64,000 nucleotides of DNA from a virus. Below, in pieces: positions 1 through 10,427 of this stretch; the first letter of the stretch is position 1, and every line of letters starts with the position of its first letter. The notes beneath the pieces were generated by a model, which saw only the letters and a program-made list of their open reading frames with translations, made no database searches and was not told the origin of the DNA. The position numbers and the translations under genes are program-made. The stretch lies in the IMG/VR virus record IMGVR_UViG_3300030320_000049. One strand, 5' to 3'.

Positions 1-893
1 TGTTCAGAAGTAAAGCCATCAAATTCCAATTGTTGAATCAGCCCATCTCTTGAAAAACTTGTAATATCCAAATAACTTTTAGCAGATTTTTCAGCTTGTC
101 TATTCCAACTTGCTCCACAAAAGTCTGCTGCATATTTAGCTTCTTCATCTGTATATTGTGAAAATTTCAGTTGTTGAATTATTCCATTATAAGAAAACGA
201 ATTTATATCTAAATAGTCTATAGCTTCTTTCAGCGCATTTTTCTTTCCAAGCGGTACTTGTGGTGTATCTTCGCATTTTGAGATAGTGCAATCATATATA
301 TAATCTTGCGCAGAAATTGAATCTGGTTTTAAAAATATTCCCTCAACAGTAACGTAATCTCCCACCTGTAGTTTTAATACATTTGAGTTATTGCTTCTTA
401 CGAACATTGCAAATTCATCATATCCTGTATATGTTATAGAATTATCAATTGAAATTTCAACACGATATGCGCCAGCCTTATTAACACTATTTGCTTGCCA
501 TTCTTGTTCTGTCGGAAGCTCTATGGTCTGTAACACATATCCATTTATTTTTACCTTATCTCCCATTGAAAAGTCTGGATAATCATTAATTTTTTCTGAA
601 TATATTTCTTTGATTACATCTTCGTAGTGGATTTCTGTATCCGCAGAATCATCAGAATCTCCAAATATCTCTGAATGGCTCATTTTATAAGTTTTCAATT
701 CCAAATCTTCCCACAAATCCTTGCATACAGAAAATACCGCTTCTGTTTCTTCTTCTGTTGCTGGTTCTATTTGTGTTGTTTCTTTAGTTTCTTCCTTTTG
801 TCCGATTTCCCACTTAAACGCCATGACAGGTGTCGCAGTCACCAAACTCGCCATCACGGTTGCAGCAGCAATAACTCTTTTTACTTTCTTCAT
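1..893 (-). CDS. Secreted protein with tandem Ltp-like repeats (superinfection-exclusion lipoprotein family); C-terminus outside window
   Basis: Not in ORF track because it runs off the window. Own translation from ATG 893..891 (RBS GGGAGGTA, complement of 901-908). Signal peptide MKKVKRVIAAATVMASLVTATPVMA, then repeats NALKEAIDYLDINSFSYNGIIQQLKFSQYTDEEAKYAADFCGASWN and AEKSAKSYLDITSFSRDGLIQQLEFDGFT, typical of the Ltp (phage TP-J34) domain. Confidence 0.7.
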   Translation of the reverse strand, partial: MKKVKRVIAAATVMASLVTATPVMAFKWEIGQKEETKETTQIEPATEEETEAVFSVCKDLWEDLELKTYKMSHSEIFGDSDDSADTEIHYEDVIKEIYSEKINDYPDFSMGDKVKINGYVLQTIELPTEQEWQANSVNKAGAYRVEISIDNSITYTGYDEFAMFVRSNNSNVLKLQVGDYVTVEGIFLKPDSISAQDYIYDCTISKCEDTPQVPLGKKNALKEAIDYLDINSFSYNGIIQQLKFSQYTDEEAKYAADFCGASWNRQAEKSAKSYLDITSFSRDGLIQQLEFDGFTSE

Positions 894-956
894 ACATACG
901 TACCTCCCAATACTTGATACCCATATTGTACCACCTTGGGACGTATTCTGGAAGCA

Positions 957-1181
957 CTATTTCGCTTTTCTATCAATTTCCGCAGTTACGGCAACCAAAA
1001 GAGCTTCGGCAAATTTCGCTCCGAAAGAATCAGCGTATTTATCGTGAATTTGCATTGCTTCCACGGTGAGATTTTCCCACTGTGGAATATCATCCTTTGA
1101 GATAAAGGCGTACTTCTTGTGAAGATTCCATATATCTTGCCAGATGGAGAAATAAGTCTGTTTAAAGTCCGTCAATACCAC
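957..1181 (-). CDS. hypothetical protein (74 aa)
   Basis: ORF track; overlaps the stop of upstream ORF 1172..1504 (coupled). No motif recognised. Confidence 0.4.
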   Translation of the reverse strand: MVLTDFKQTYFSIWQDIWNLHKKYAFISKDDIPQWENLTVEAMQIHDKYADSFGAKFAEALLVAVTAEIDRKAK

Positions 1182-1504
1182 TTCTCCTTCAGCTGATTAA
1201 TCGGTGTTCCGGCAACTCCGGCACTTTCTCCGCTGTCTGTTGCCTTGAAGTATGCGCCTGGAGTTTGCGGATACATAAATTCAAACATCAAATAATTAGC
1301 TGCATCGCAAAGATATTCTGTGTTCCCTGTCTCACGATACTTTTTGATGCACATATCGTGGGATTCCAAGGCGTTTACCAACTTCTCCCCGAAGTTATCC
1401 TTTGCTGTGCCATATTTGTAAAAGCTTACCTCAACCCTATTCTGGCGTAATTCATCGAAACGGTCTGAATATTCTGTTGGAAGTTCTGTTCCTATTTTGC
1501 TCAT
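1172..1504 (-). CDS. hypothetical protein (110 aa), faint resemblance to all-alpha NTP pyrophosphohydrolase-like phage proteins
   Basis: ORF track. Pattern SFYKYG...KKYRETGNTEYLCDAANYLMFEF recalls MazG/DUF550-type helices. Weak call. Confidence 0.35.
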   Translation of the reverse strand: MSKIGTELPTEYSDRFDELRQNRVEVSFYKYGTAKDNFGEKLVNALESHDMCIKKYRETGNTEYLCDAANYLMFEFMYPQTPGAYFKATDSGESAGVAGTPINQLKEKWY

Positions 1505-1623
1505 ATGTTTTAATTCTCCACAATTAATTAATTTCTTTTCTAAAAAATCAATTTTCTTGGCTTGTGCCTATATTTTATCTGGCAAGAGGTTTTGAAACGT
1601 ATTTGGTTATTTTATCATGCCAA

Positions 1624-1938
1624 TTAATTACTATCATACATCTCATAATCAATCGTTCCCAAATCACCGTACACATCTGGGTAATAGATTCCAACCCAAA
1701 AGTTATCTTCCATTGTTTTGTAGTAAGTTACTTTTACATTCCATCTCTGTACCTCGTCAATAATTTCTTTGTTAAGAAGTCCGAATTGATCTCGGCAAGC
1801 TTCACTTTCCAGTTTGTAAGTCAATGCTTTGTATTTCTCGGCATTTGCCTGTCTGGTGGCGGTAACATTGGTTTTGGTGAGAAGTAAAATCAATCCGGCT
1901 ACCAGGAACCATACTACACTGATGAAAGAAATTACCAC
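1624..1938 (-). CDS. N-terminally membrane-anchored hypothetical protein (104 aa)
   Basis: ORF track; hydrophobic N-terminus MVISFISVVWFLVAGLILLL. Confidence 0.45.
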   Translation of the reverse strand: MVISFISVVWFLVAGLILLLTKTNVTATRQANAEKYKALTYKLESEACRDQFGLLNKEIIDEVQRWNVKVTYYKTMEDNFWVGIYYPDVYGDLGTIDYEMYDSN

Positions 1939-2062
1939 GCCAAAGACAATATAAATCCACTCACATTTGAATACTCATATTCGTAGCTTAAAGATTCGCC
2001 TATTCTATTTGCAATCAGAATAACAACGCCGACCGCAAAAATGATTATTGATAGCCAAAATA

Positions 2063-3031
2063 TCATAGTATGTCCTCCCTGTTCTCAATTTTCATCAACA
2101 ATATTTTCCGCACATAACCAGACATGAAATGCGAATAATGGTGATCCGTGTACTCGCTGAATGAAGTGCCGAAATATTCATCAATCACTTTCATGTATGT
2201 TTCAATCTCAACATTCTGGAAATAATCTGGATTTGGCCCGAAACCAAACTTGTCCAGGATATTATCCAAAGCGTCTTGATTGATTTTTGTGTGTGGTTTC
2301 CTGGTTCGCTCTTCGTATCTCTTGAAGAAATACTTTGATACTACCAGGAAGCGGTTAGTTGTATAGGGGCTTGTCGTATATCCCAATTCTTCAAGTCGTA
2401 CTGCAACCTGGTTCTTGAATGCAGACCAATTAAAAGATTTACGGTCTATTGGAGTATACTGGATGCTTTCTTCTGTCAACATATTTTTGATATGTTGAGA
2501 ATTGAACCACTCGTTAGAGTGGTATGCATTTTTCTCTTCTTCTTTTGGATTAATAAAATCAGTATTAAATATATCAGTTATTGATTCATCAGTATTTGAT
2601 ATATCAGTTCTTTTATTATGAGGGTGGTGTTCTACATCTGGAGCTTCTAGGGCTAGGCTTTCTACACCTTGCTTTGGAGCATCTTGTTTATCTTCAGTTT
2701 CTTCTATTTCCTGTGGCGTTTCGTAAATATTATAAACATATTCAAACTTTGATCTGCCCTCTTCTTTACAAGGCTTTTTCTTATCAACAATAAGATATCC
2801 TGTCTCCTTTAATTCTTTTATGGTAGACCTCACCGCTGTTTCATTTTCTTTTAAAATTGAGCATAGACCTGGTATGGAATAATTCCAAGAATCTGGTAAA
2901 GAAAACATTACTGATAAAAGCCCTTTCGCTTTCAAACTTAAATTTTTATCTCTCAAATGGTGATTGCTCATCACCGTATAGTTTTTAGTTTTGTGTACTC
3001 TAAATACTGACATAAAATGACCTCCATTCAT
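2063..3031 (-). CDS. Winged-helix/HTH DNA-binding protein (replication-initiator/DnaD-like N-terminal domain)
   Basis: N-terminus FRVHKTKNYTVMSNHHLRDKNLSLKAKGLLSVMFSLPDSWNYSIPGLCSILKENETAVRSTIKELKETGYLIV is the common phage/plasmid HTH module. RBS GGAGG lies before ATG 3031. Confidence 0.55.
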   Translation of the reverse strand: MNGGHFMSVFRVHKTKNYTVMSNHHLRDKNLSLKAKGLLSVMFSLPDSWNYSIPGLCSILKENETAVRSTIKELKETGYLIVDKKKPCKEEGRSKFEYVYNIYETPQEIEETEDKQDAPKQGVESLALEAPDVEHHPHNKRTDISNTDESITDIFNTDFINPKEEEKNAYHSNEWFNSQHIKNMLTEESIQYTPIDRKSFNWSAFKNQVAVRLEELGYTTSPYTTNRFLVVSKYFFKRYEERTRKPHTKINQDALDNILDKFGFGPNPDYFQNVEIETYMKVIDEYFGTSFSEYTDHHYSHFMSGYVRKILLMKIENREDIL

Positions 3032-3121
3032 TTTTCCTCCAATTTTATAAAAACAGTGAGCTTGTCTCTTGGAGGTGAGACTTTCGGGAGCTACCCTAGC
3101 CCACTGGTTTTACCGAATTAA

Positions 3122-3418
3122 TTAATCAAACATTTTGAATGTTTCCTTGCAAAATTCCTCATAGTCGGTTTTCCCGACCAGTGGCATTTTATTCCTCAGT
3201 TTTTCCATGGCTCTAAAAAACTTGCCTTGGTCTTTATTCCAGATTTTACAGGAAATTAGAAGATACTTCTCTTCTGTATGTCCAAATTCTTTTCCGAAAT
3301 TCACTCTAATTTTCTCATTCTTAAAAAGTTGGTCTGCCAGATACTCTTCTGTATCTGCGAAAATGTATTCGCTACGGAATAAATGTTTTTGAATTAAGAT
3401 GTAATTTTTATATGACAT
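3122..3418 (-). CDS. hypothetical protein (98 aa)
   Basis: ORF track; RBS-like GGGAGGAA upstream of ATG 3418. Confidence 0.4.
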   Translation of the reverse strand: MSYKNYILIQKHLFRSEYIFADTEEYLADQLFKNEKIRVNFGKEFGHTEEKYLLISCKIWNKDQGKFFRAMEKLRNKMPLVGKTDYEEFCKETFKMFD

Positions 3419-3504
3419 GATATTCCTCCCTGTGAAAAAGGTTCTATTTTAAATCGAACCTTTCCAGACCTCATTTTAAATGCGGGCTGTCTAAAAATTC
3501 AAAA

Positions 3505-4200
3505 TTATGCCGCAATTTTATTAATTCCTTTATTCAGAATAAATTCTTTAATTTCGTTATACCCCCAGCCATATCCGACCAACGCACTTACAAGCATTTC
3601 AGCATTTTGTATTTTCACAAGATCTTCTTCCGAAAAACAATCTCTCATATTTTCTTTTCTGGAGATTCCAAAATCTTCTCTCAGCTGCTTGGCGTTTTTA
3701 CCAAATATGGACTTGTAAATAACGTCCGTATATGTAGAATAGGCATGTCCGTGCATTCTTTCATTTTCAGAAGATTGTTGAATTGCTTTTGTCAACGCCT
3801 GTCTTACTGCTATTCCTTTGGCTCTTTCAAGTTCTGTACGCCGATTGGATTCTGCAAGTTTTTTCAAGACTTGCTCACATCCTATAAAATATTTTCGTGC
3901 TTCTTCACCACGTTCGCTTTTTGAAGCCATTGAAATTCTCTTTGCTAAAGATGCACTGATTTTGTAATCCTCTGATGGTCTTCCACCTAATTTAGAGGTT
4001 TTCGCCGTGCAAGGCGAATACTCTTCTTTTTCAGCGTATGGATTTTCTGTGATATTATCTTTAATCCACCTGGCATAATGCGTTGGATTTAACTCCAACC
4101 AATTATATAAACATTTGGCTGTGGTGAATCCCTGTTCGTCTATTTGAAGTGCAATCTCAATAGGTGTCTGTTCGCTTGTTACTAAAACTTCATTTCCCAT
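3505..4200 (-). CDS. Phage antirepressor (AntA/AntB-type N-terminus, ORF6C/KilAC-like C-terminus)
   Basis: Motifs TTAKCLYNWLELNPTHYARWIKDNI, GGRPSEDYKISASLAKRISM and a C-terminal YSTYTDVIYKSIFGKNAKQLREDFGI pattern. Confidence 0.65.
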   Translation of the reverse strand: MGNEVLVTSEQTPIEIALQIDEQGFTTAKCLYNWLELNPTHYARWIKDNITENPYAEKEEYSPCTAKTSKLGGRPSEDYKISASLAKRISMASKSERGEEARKYFIGCEQVLKKLAESNRRTELERAKGIAVRQALTKAIQQSSENERMHGHAYSTYTDVIYKSIFGKNAKQLREDFGISRKENMRDCFSEEDLVKIQNAEMLVSALVGYGWGYNEIKEFILNKGINKIAA

Positions 4201-4233
4201 TCTTCCATTCCTCCTTATATTGATGGATAAAAT

Positions 4234-4303
4234 AAAAAAGAGCCGCCAAGTAAGACAAAAAATTCCTCAAAATCGAGAAATATTAATTTCTTCTTAGCGG
4301 CTC
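4234..4303 (-). terminator. Hairpin plus U-tract after the tape measure gene
   Basis: Minus strand GAGCCGC(4303-4297)...GCGGCTC(4246-4240), then TTTTTT (complement of 4239-4234). The loop is long and contains an inner AGAAAT/ATTTCT hairpin. Confidence 0.5.
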
Positions 4304-4364
4304 AAAAATCAAGACCGTGTGTACTTCTTCATTGAAGAAATTATACCACACAATCAGTCAAAAA

Positions 4365-7300
4365 TCAATATGCCGGAGACGGTTTGAAACGGCTATCCGT
4401 ATCATTCTGAGCTTTGGTCACAGCCTTTGCAATCTCACTTCCGTCTAAAATAATGCTGTTCATGATGTACTGCGGATTGTTATTTCCGCTGTTCATACTC
4501 ATTGCCATTGCAACGCCCTGTGCTACTGCTTTTGCCATTTCTTCTTTTGTAAGCCCCATGCTTCCATCCGAACTGGAAACAATACTGTCTGCAATCTTCT
4601 TCATGGTTCGTGGATTTTCCAGTGGAAGAACTGCCTCGGTACCAGCTTCACCGATACCAATTACTTGTGCACCATTAAAAAGACCACCTTTGGCGTACCA
4701 ATTAGGCTTATAAACTGGTGTAGAACTGGTTCTTCCACCACCAAGATCATGTTTTCTCCATTCTGAAATATAATAAGTCAGAGTTGGTAAATGTACTTGT
4801 TTCATGCCATCAGCGAATGATTGAGCAGTTTCCCGACCAATTGATGTAAGATTAACATTAAATAGCCTTTTAATTTTATCCGAAATCCCAGACAAATTAG
4901 ATTCTGTGTAGGTTTTCATTTTCCCAGTTTCCGTGTCAACTTTACCAGAAGCCTTTTCCCAAATCTGGTTTGTATTGATAAGAACAGAAGACCAATAACT
5001 TTGAATGGTTGTCATAACCTTACCCATTACATCTTTTGTATCGGTGTCCATGGTTCCGAGGGCTGTCGATACAGCACTTGCGGAATTTTCCCAGTTTGTT
5101 TTGGAGTTGGTTTCAACATCATCATTCGTGTTCTTTATCTTTGACCAAATGGAAGGCATTGTGCTTTCTGTGCTTTTTTTCATTCCAGCCATTGCCGTGC
5201 TTACGGCAGTATTGGCGAGACCAAAGCCAGTTTTTGTCTTGGATGATACGGAGCTAGAAGCATTTGCAACAGCGGTAGTAATACCTCCCACTGCTGTTTT
5301 CACAGATGTATTCATTCCATCGAAAGAATTCTTTGCACTTGTTTCCATTGTAACAACTGCATCTGGAAAATCTTTTCTGAGTTTTTCATCTAATTCATCT
5401 AACGGAACGCCAGCATTTTTTAATGACGTATAAACTGCGTCTAGCGCTTCTTCTGTATTAGCATATGTTCTTCCAGATATTGCACTATCAAGAGCATCTT
5501 TAGCAGTTAAGTAGTCTCCACTAAATTGATCAGAGCTAAGACTTAAAAGATAAAGTTCGTCTTTCAAATCAGATATACTGATTTTGGTTGTGTCAAATTT
5601 TCCAGCTGATTCAGATACACCATCTCCAAGGGCTACAGCTTTATCAGTCATATCTTCCAAAAATCCAGTTGATACACCCGCCTGTGCGCCGTATTTTTCG
5701 AGAATTTTTCTTGCATCTTCGGTTGATACGCCGAATTCTCCAAGTTTCTGAATGAAACTATCGTACATTTCAGAATTTGATTTTCCGGCACTTTCATCTG
5801 CTTCAATTAACTTCCAAAGCTCTTCTGCTTGGTCTTGTGTTATTTTATGCGCGCTTTCCATTTCTCCTGTATAATCATGGAGATAACCACCTGTTTGTGA
5901 TAGAATTCCATTTCCACCTTGTGCAGCTTCTGTGATACTTGCAATTCCTCTTGCAAGTTTAACAGATAATGCCGTTGCAACAAATACAATCCCAGCGGTT
6001 CCAAATATAGTACCAAGCGTTGAAGAAAATGAAGATAATCCACCAGCAGATGCCGTTTTTGCCGCTCCACCAATATCACCAATGATAGTAGGAAGAAAAG
6101 ATGCGGTATCAAGTGGGAAATTTAAAAGTTTTGAAGCTAATGAACCGATTCCACTTGCAAAGGAAAAGATTTTAGTGGCAATATCCTTTGCTATTTTGAT
6201 TGTAAACAATGTTCCAAATGCAGCACCAACTTGTTTTATAAATTCTGGATCAACTCCACTTAATTTTTCAGCCAGCCAATTAATAGCATTTGCAATACCG
6301 TTAATTAAGTCTGCCCCTATATTTATTACTCCTTCAAGTCCGGTAATCAACGCATCTGCAAATCCCTCTGCAAATGGTTGGAATGCAGACCATAAATTTC
6401 CAAGAGCAGTTCCAACAGCATTCCAATCAACCTTATCAATAAAATTCTGTATTGAGGTTTTTACACGGTCAATGCTACTCCAAATCCACTCCCAGTCAAC
6501 ATCAATAACTCCAAAATTATCAAGCGCAAGTACAATTCCACCGATGCCAAGTGCCATTGACGCATAAGGATGTTTTGCCAATAAAGAAAGTCCTTTTCCT
6601 AATGGGCTGTCTTTTCCGATGATTCCACCAATAAAGGTTAATCCTTTGAATCCAAGGATTGCAATGGAGATTTGTCCAAGTCCTTTTCCAATTGCCTGTG
6701 CAGTTTCCGGGCTGATATTTTTTATTGCATCGGCAATTGAGTTCAAGCCTCCAGGAAGCGTTGTATTGATAAAATTTTCTCCAACATCGAGCAAATCTTT
6801 GAAGAAGTCAACAATTCCCTGTCCAACATTTTGTGCAAATGGCGCAAGTGCATCCCAGAAGTTTTTCAATGCCGAATTAAGTTCGTCCCAGTGAATGTTG
6901 TTTCCGAAATTTGTTAATGCGTCAACAAGTTCCGGGATTGCACTATTCATTGTCCATGTACCTACCGGCACTAAGAATTTCTCATAGAAATCCATGAGAC
7001 CAGTCCAAACAAATTTTGTTGGCTTTTGAAGCATTGTAAAGAAACCGGAAAGCGAGCTATTCAGTTTACCCCAATTGATTTTATTTAGTAAATCATTCGT
7101 AATATTAAAGAATCGAGGAAGCCCGGAATTGTCAGATAACATCCATAATCCAATTGGTTTCAGATAATTATTCCACAAATCTTTCAGAGCTGTAATAGAG
7201 AAGTTTCCAAGCTTGCTAAGACCTTCATCATAAAGTTTCTTGATTGATGCAGTTGTTGGTTTAGCCGCTTTACGAATTTTTTTAAATACAGCTACAATCT

Positions 7301-10300
7301 GATCAGCGGTATCATTTGCCTTATTATTCATTTCTTCAAAAGCTTTATCCCATGCAGCTTGATACTCTGACAGGGCTTTATCTAATGCAGCATCCAGTTC
7401 TGGAAGGTGTGCACTCGCACCGCCTCCACTTCCGGAAGAGCCGGAAGAATTGCTAACTTTTGCATCATTTAATTGATTTAATTCATCAAATGAAAGCACA
7501 GAAAGAGTTTTTTGTAATTTCTTCGCATTGTCATTTGTTTTGTCAAGCCCGGAAGCTGCATCTTCTGTACTATCTGCAATACTTCCCATATCAACTGCGG
7601 CACTTCCTGTGGAAGCAACATAATTGGACATTTTGATACCCAAAAGTCTTCCAACCCACGAAAAAGCTCTCTGAATTGCAATAACAAAGGCGTTTATATA
7701 TGGAAGAACCTTTGAGATAATCGGAATGAATAATGAACCTATTGTCCTTGAAAGTGCGGAAAAGTTAGATTGTAGTAATCTAAGTTGGTTTGCCGGCTGA
7801 TTTATCGTATTAGCCAGGTCACCCCATGCATACTTTGAACTATTCAAGATTGTTATAGTTCTCAGAATAGCCTTGTCCGATTGACTTAAACTTGATACAG
7901 TAGCGTCAATTCCAAGATTATAAAGTTCCTGTTGTAAATTTGCCACACGGATATTAATGCCGTACTTGTCAAGAGCCCGGCTCATTCCGGTTATTCCGGA
8001 TGCCATATCATTCCATACATCGTTGAACTCAAGGTTCTTTACAGAAGCAAGGTCTGCTCCGATTTCTGTTAAAGCTTGTGAAACCTTAGTTGATGCATCT
8101 GCTGTTGCCCCCATGGATGATGCCATCTGAGCATAAGTAGCTTGATAGTTCATCGTTTGGTTTGGATCAAGTCCGAGGCTCGCGCCTTTTGTTCTAGTCA
8201 GATCACCTGCATCTGATACTTCAAATCCAGTCATTTTTTTTGTGAGTTCTTTTGCACGTTTTTCAAAAGATCCCACATATTCCTCTGCGGATTTTACTCC
8301 TGCATTCTGCCACTTGCTGATATCTAACCCGTCAGTAACTTGATCGAACGCAGAGTTAAAATAATTCAAAGTTTCTACGTAATCAGACGCAGATTCTACA
8401 GAATTCCAAAGTGCTTTAATCCCCCTTGTTACTGTGAAGAATTTCGCATATAATCCAGCAAACTGTGAAGTTAATGAACCAACTTTTTTTGAAGTCGCAT
8501 TTGCATTATTTCCAAATCCAGTTAAAGCAGAACTTGCAGCTCCAATTATGGAGGATAACCTTCTTCCAGCATTTCCAAGTCCATTTGTGGAATTTGATAA
8601 TCTCGAAAAAGAATTCGAAAGAGAATTTGTGGCTTTATTTATTTTTCCACTTGCAGTAGCTAACTGTGCCAAAGCTTCTGTCATTCTTATTGTATTTTCA
8701 CTAATTTTTGGTGCTGATTTCATTACATTGAAGAACGACAATACTTCATTTGCTAATGTCCCAAGTTGTCCAGAAGATTGAGCAATTTTACCACCAGCAC
8801 TTGCCAATTGTGAGATGGATTGTACAAATCTATTTGCAGAATCCGAAATTCCATCAACACCAATAAAGCTTTCTGTGATAATTCTTAAACTGCTTCCCAA
8901 TGCAGGTAATTCAGCGGATACATTTGCAATATATTCACCGGAATTGGCTAATCTAGCCATTGAATTAACAAAACGATTAACACTTGCAGATACATCCGGT
9001 ATTGCCGATAATCCAGATAACTGATTGATTATCTCGCCAAGTTTCATAGAATTAAAATTACTAATATCTACCTGGCTAAATCTGCTAATGGAATTAATGA
9101 TTGCATTCAAACCGGAAGCTTTATAATTAACAGTTCCCATGGCTCTTAAAGAATCTGAAAACTGTTTCATTCCATCGGCAATGCTTGTCATTTGTCCTGC
9201 ATCAATTTCTTTTAACTTTCCGGTAACTGCGTCTTTAATTCCTGTAGTGTCTACATCCAGAGTGACTTTTACAGTGTTATATTTCAGTTCGGCAACTTTG
9301 TTGATTGCCTTCTGAATATCCATTGTTATCTTATCCGTATTGATTTTTACATCAATAGGAAGTTGTCCATCCGCACTTTTCAAAGCATCGTTAAGGCGAG
9401 ATTTTACTTGTTCTGCTAATTGTCCTGTTGAATCGACTGCCATTCCCCATACTTTATCTGATGCTTTAGAAGCACTTTCACCGTAAAGAGATTCAATGGA
9501 AACTGGCTTAATGGATTCTCTAACTTTCTTTATATTTTCCAGAACGGTAACAAGCTGATCTGCTGCATTAATAGTATCTTTTGGAATTAATGTTGGAAAT
9601 CTTTCTGAAAGCTCTCCCCATGATTTATCGAGAGTGATTCCTTTTGTTGCATCGGTAACAACTTTATTAAGGTTATTCTTTAAAAGTTCTGAAAATTCTC
9701 CCTTTCCAATATCAGCTTTCAACATATCGGAAACATAGATTTTCTTGTTTTTGAAATAATTGTAAAAATCAACCCATTCCTGTTCTGCACCATCTAAGTA
9801 GCTTCCAAGATTGGCTTTTACTACACTTCCGCTTTTGATAATCGTATTTCCAATTTCTTCAACAATGCTTCCAACATTTCCAGAGATTTCTTTCCCGTCA
9901 AAAGACTGTGCCATTTCCTTTGCAAGTTCGTTCATTTGAGAACGAACTTTTGAAGCAGCACCGCCTTTTAAGTTAAATGCTTCAATTAATTGCTTTGAAA
10001 TGGAAGAGGTATCAATTTTAATATCACGTACTGTTTTATCAATGGCGTATTGTAGTTTTTGCGCTTGATCTCCACCCTTGATATCCAAATCAAGACTAAT
10101 CTTTTGATTCTGAAGATTGCTAAGATTGATTTTACTAAGTGTGTTTAATTTTGAAATAGCACTATCAAGCCCAGAAGTACGAACATTGCCTAGAGAATTA
10201 AAGGCAGACGTAACCCTTTCAAGTTCCCTTGCATAGCTACGCAGTCCATTTGTATTTACTCCGCTTAATGCGGAATTAACTTCTGTGAGTTTATTTGAAA

Positions 10301-10379
10301 GATTAGTCAGCGCACGTACTGCTTTTTCTGTACTGCTGCTAATTTGTATATCAAGGGTATCAATGGTATTGTCAGCCAT
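4365..10379 (-). CDS. Tail tape measure protein (about 2004 aa)
   Basis: Giant Ala/Ser/Gly/Lys-rich ORF directly downstream of the G/GT chaperones. C-terminal GIGEAGTEAVLPLENP motif typical of TMPs. Likely start is ATG 10379 (RBS AAGGAGGG), not the alternative start at 10424. Confidence 0.9.
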   Translation of the reverse strand: MADNTIDTLDIQISSSTEKAVRALTNLSNKLTEVNSALSGVNTNGLRSYARELERVTSAFNSLGNVRTSGLDSAISKLNTLSKINLSNLQNQKISLDLDIKGGDQAQKLQYAIDKTVRDIKIDTSSISKQLIEAFNLKGGAASKVRSQMNELAKEMAQSFDGKEISGNVGSIVEEIGNTIIKSGSVVKANLGSYLDGAEQEWVDFYNYFKNKKIYVSDMLKADIGKGEFSELLKNNLNKVVTDATKGITLDKSWGELSERFPTLIPKDTINAADQLVTVLENIKKVRESIKPVSIESLYGESASKASDKVWGMAVDSTGQLAEQVKSRLNDALKSADGQLPIDVKINTDKITMDIQKAINKVAELKYNTVKVTLDVDTTGIKDAVTGKLKEIDAGQMTSIADGMKQFSDSLRAMGTVNYKASGLNAIINSISRFSQVDISNFNSMKLGEIINQLSGLSAIPDVSASVNRFVNSMARLANSGEYIANVSAELPALGSSLRIITESFIGVDGISDSANRFVQSISQLASAGGKIAQSSGQLGTLANEVLSFFNVMKSAPKISENTIRMTEALAQLATASGKINKATNSLSNSFSRLSNSTNGLGNAGRRLSSIIGAASSALTGFGNNANATSKKVGSLTSQFAGLYAKFFTVTRGIKALWNSVESASDYVETLNYFNSAFDQVTDGLDISKWQNAGVKSAEEYVGSFEKRAKELTKKMTGFEVSDAGDLTRTKGASLGLDPNQTMNYQATYAQMASSMGATADASTKVSQALTEIGADLASVKNLEFNDVWNDMASGITGMSRALDKYGINIRVANLQQELYNLGIDATVSSLSQSDKAILRTITILNSSKYAWGDLANTINQPANQLRLLQSNFSALSRTIGSLFIPIISKVLPYINAFVIAIQRAFSWVGRLLGIKMSNYVASTGSAAVDMGSIADSTEDAASGLDKTNDNAKKLQKTLSVLSFDELNQLNDAKVSNSSGSSGSGGGASAHLPELDAALDKALSEYQAAWDKAFEEMNNKANDTADQIVAVFKKIRKAAKPTTASIKKLYDEGLSKLGNFSITALKDLWNNYLKPIGLWMLSDNSGLPRFFNITNDLLNKINWGKLNSSLSGFFTMLQKPTKFVWTGLMDFYEKFLVPVGTWTMNSAIPELVDALTNFGNNIHWDELNSALKNFWDALAPFAQNVGQGIVDFFKDLLDVGENFINTTLPGGLNSIADAIKNISPETAQAIGKGLGQISIAILGFKGLTFIGGIIGKDSPLGKGLSLLAKHPYASMALGIGGIVLALDNFGVIDVDWEWIWSSIDRVKTSIQNFIDKVDWNAVGTALGNLWSAFQPFAEGFADALITGLEGVINIGADLINGIANAINWLAEKLSGVDPEFIKQVGAAFGTLFTIKIAKDIATKIFSFASGIGSLASKLLNFPLDTASFLPTIIGDIGGAAKTASAGGLSSFSSTLGTIFGTAGIVFVATALSVKLARGIASITEAAQGGNGILSQTGGYLHDYTGEMESAHKITQDQAEELWKLIEADESAGKSNSEMYDSFIQKLGEFGVSTEDARKILEKYGAQAGVSTGFLEDMTDKAVALGDGVSESAGKFDTTKISISDLKDELYLLSLSSDQFSGDYLTAKDALDSAISGRTYANTEEALDAVYTSLKNAGVPLDELDEKLRKDFPDAVVTMETSAKNSFDGMNTSVKTAVGGITTAVANASSSVSSKTKTGFGLANTAVSTAMAGMKKSTESTMPSIWSKIKNTNDDVETNSKTNWENSASAVSTALGTMDTDTKDVMGKVMTTIQSYWSSVLINTNQIWEKASGKVDTETGKMKTYTESNLSGISDKIKRLFNVNLTSIGRETAQSFADGMKQVHLPTLTYYISEWRKHDLGGGRTSSTPVYKPNWYAKGGLFNGAQVIGIGEAGTEAVLPLENPRTMKKIADSIVSSSDGSMGLTKEEMAKAVAQGVAMAMSMNSGNNNPQYIMNSIILDGSEIAKAVTKAQNDTDSRFKPSPAY

Positions 10380-10427
10380 TTTATTTATCCCTCCTTTTTT
10401 ACAAAAAAAATAAAGGGCAGACAAGAC

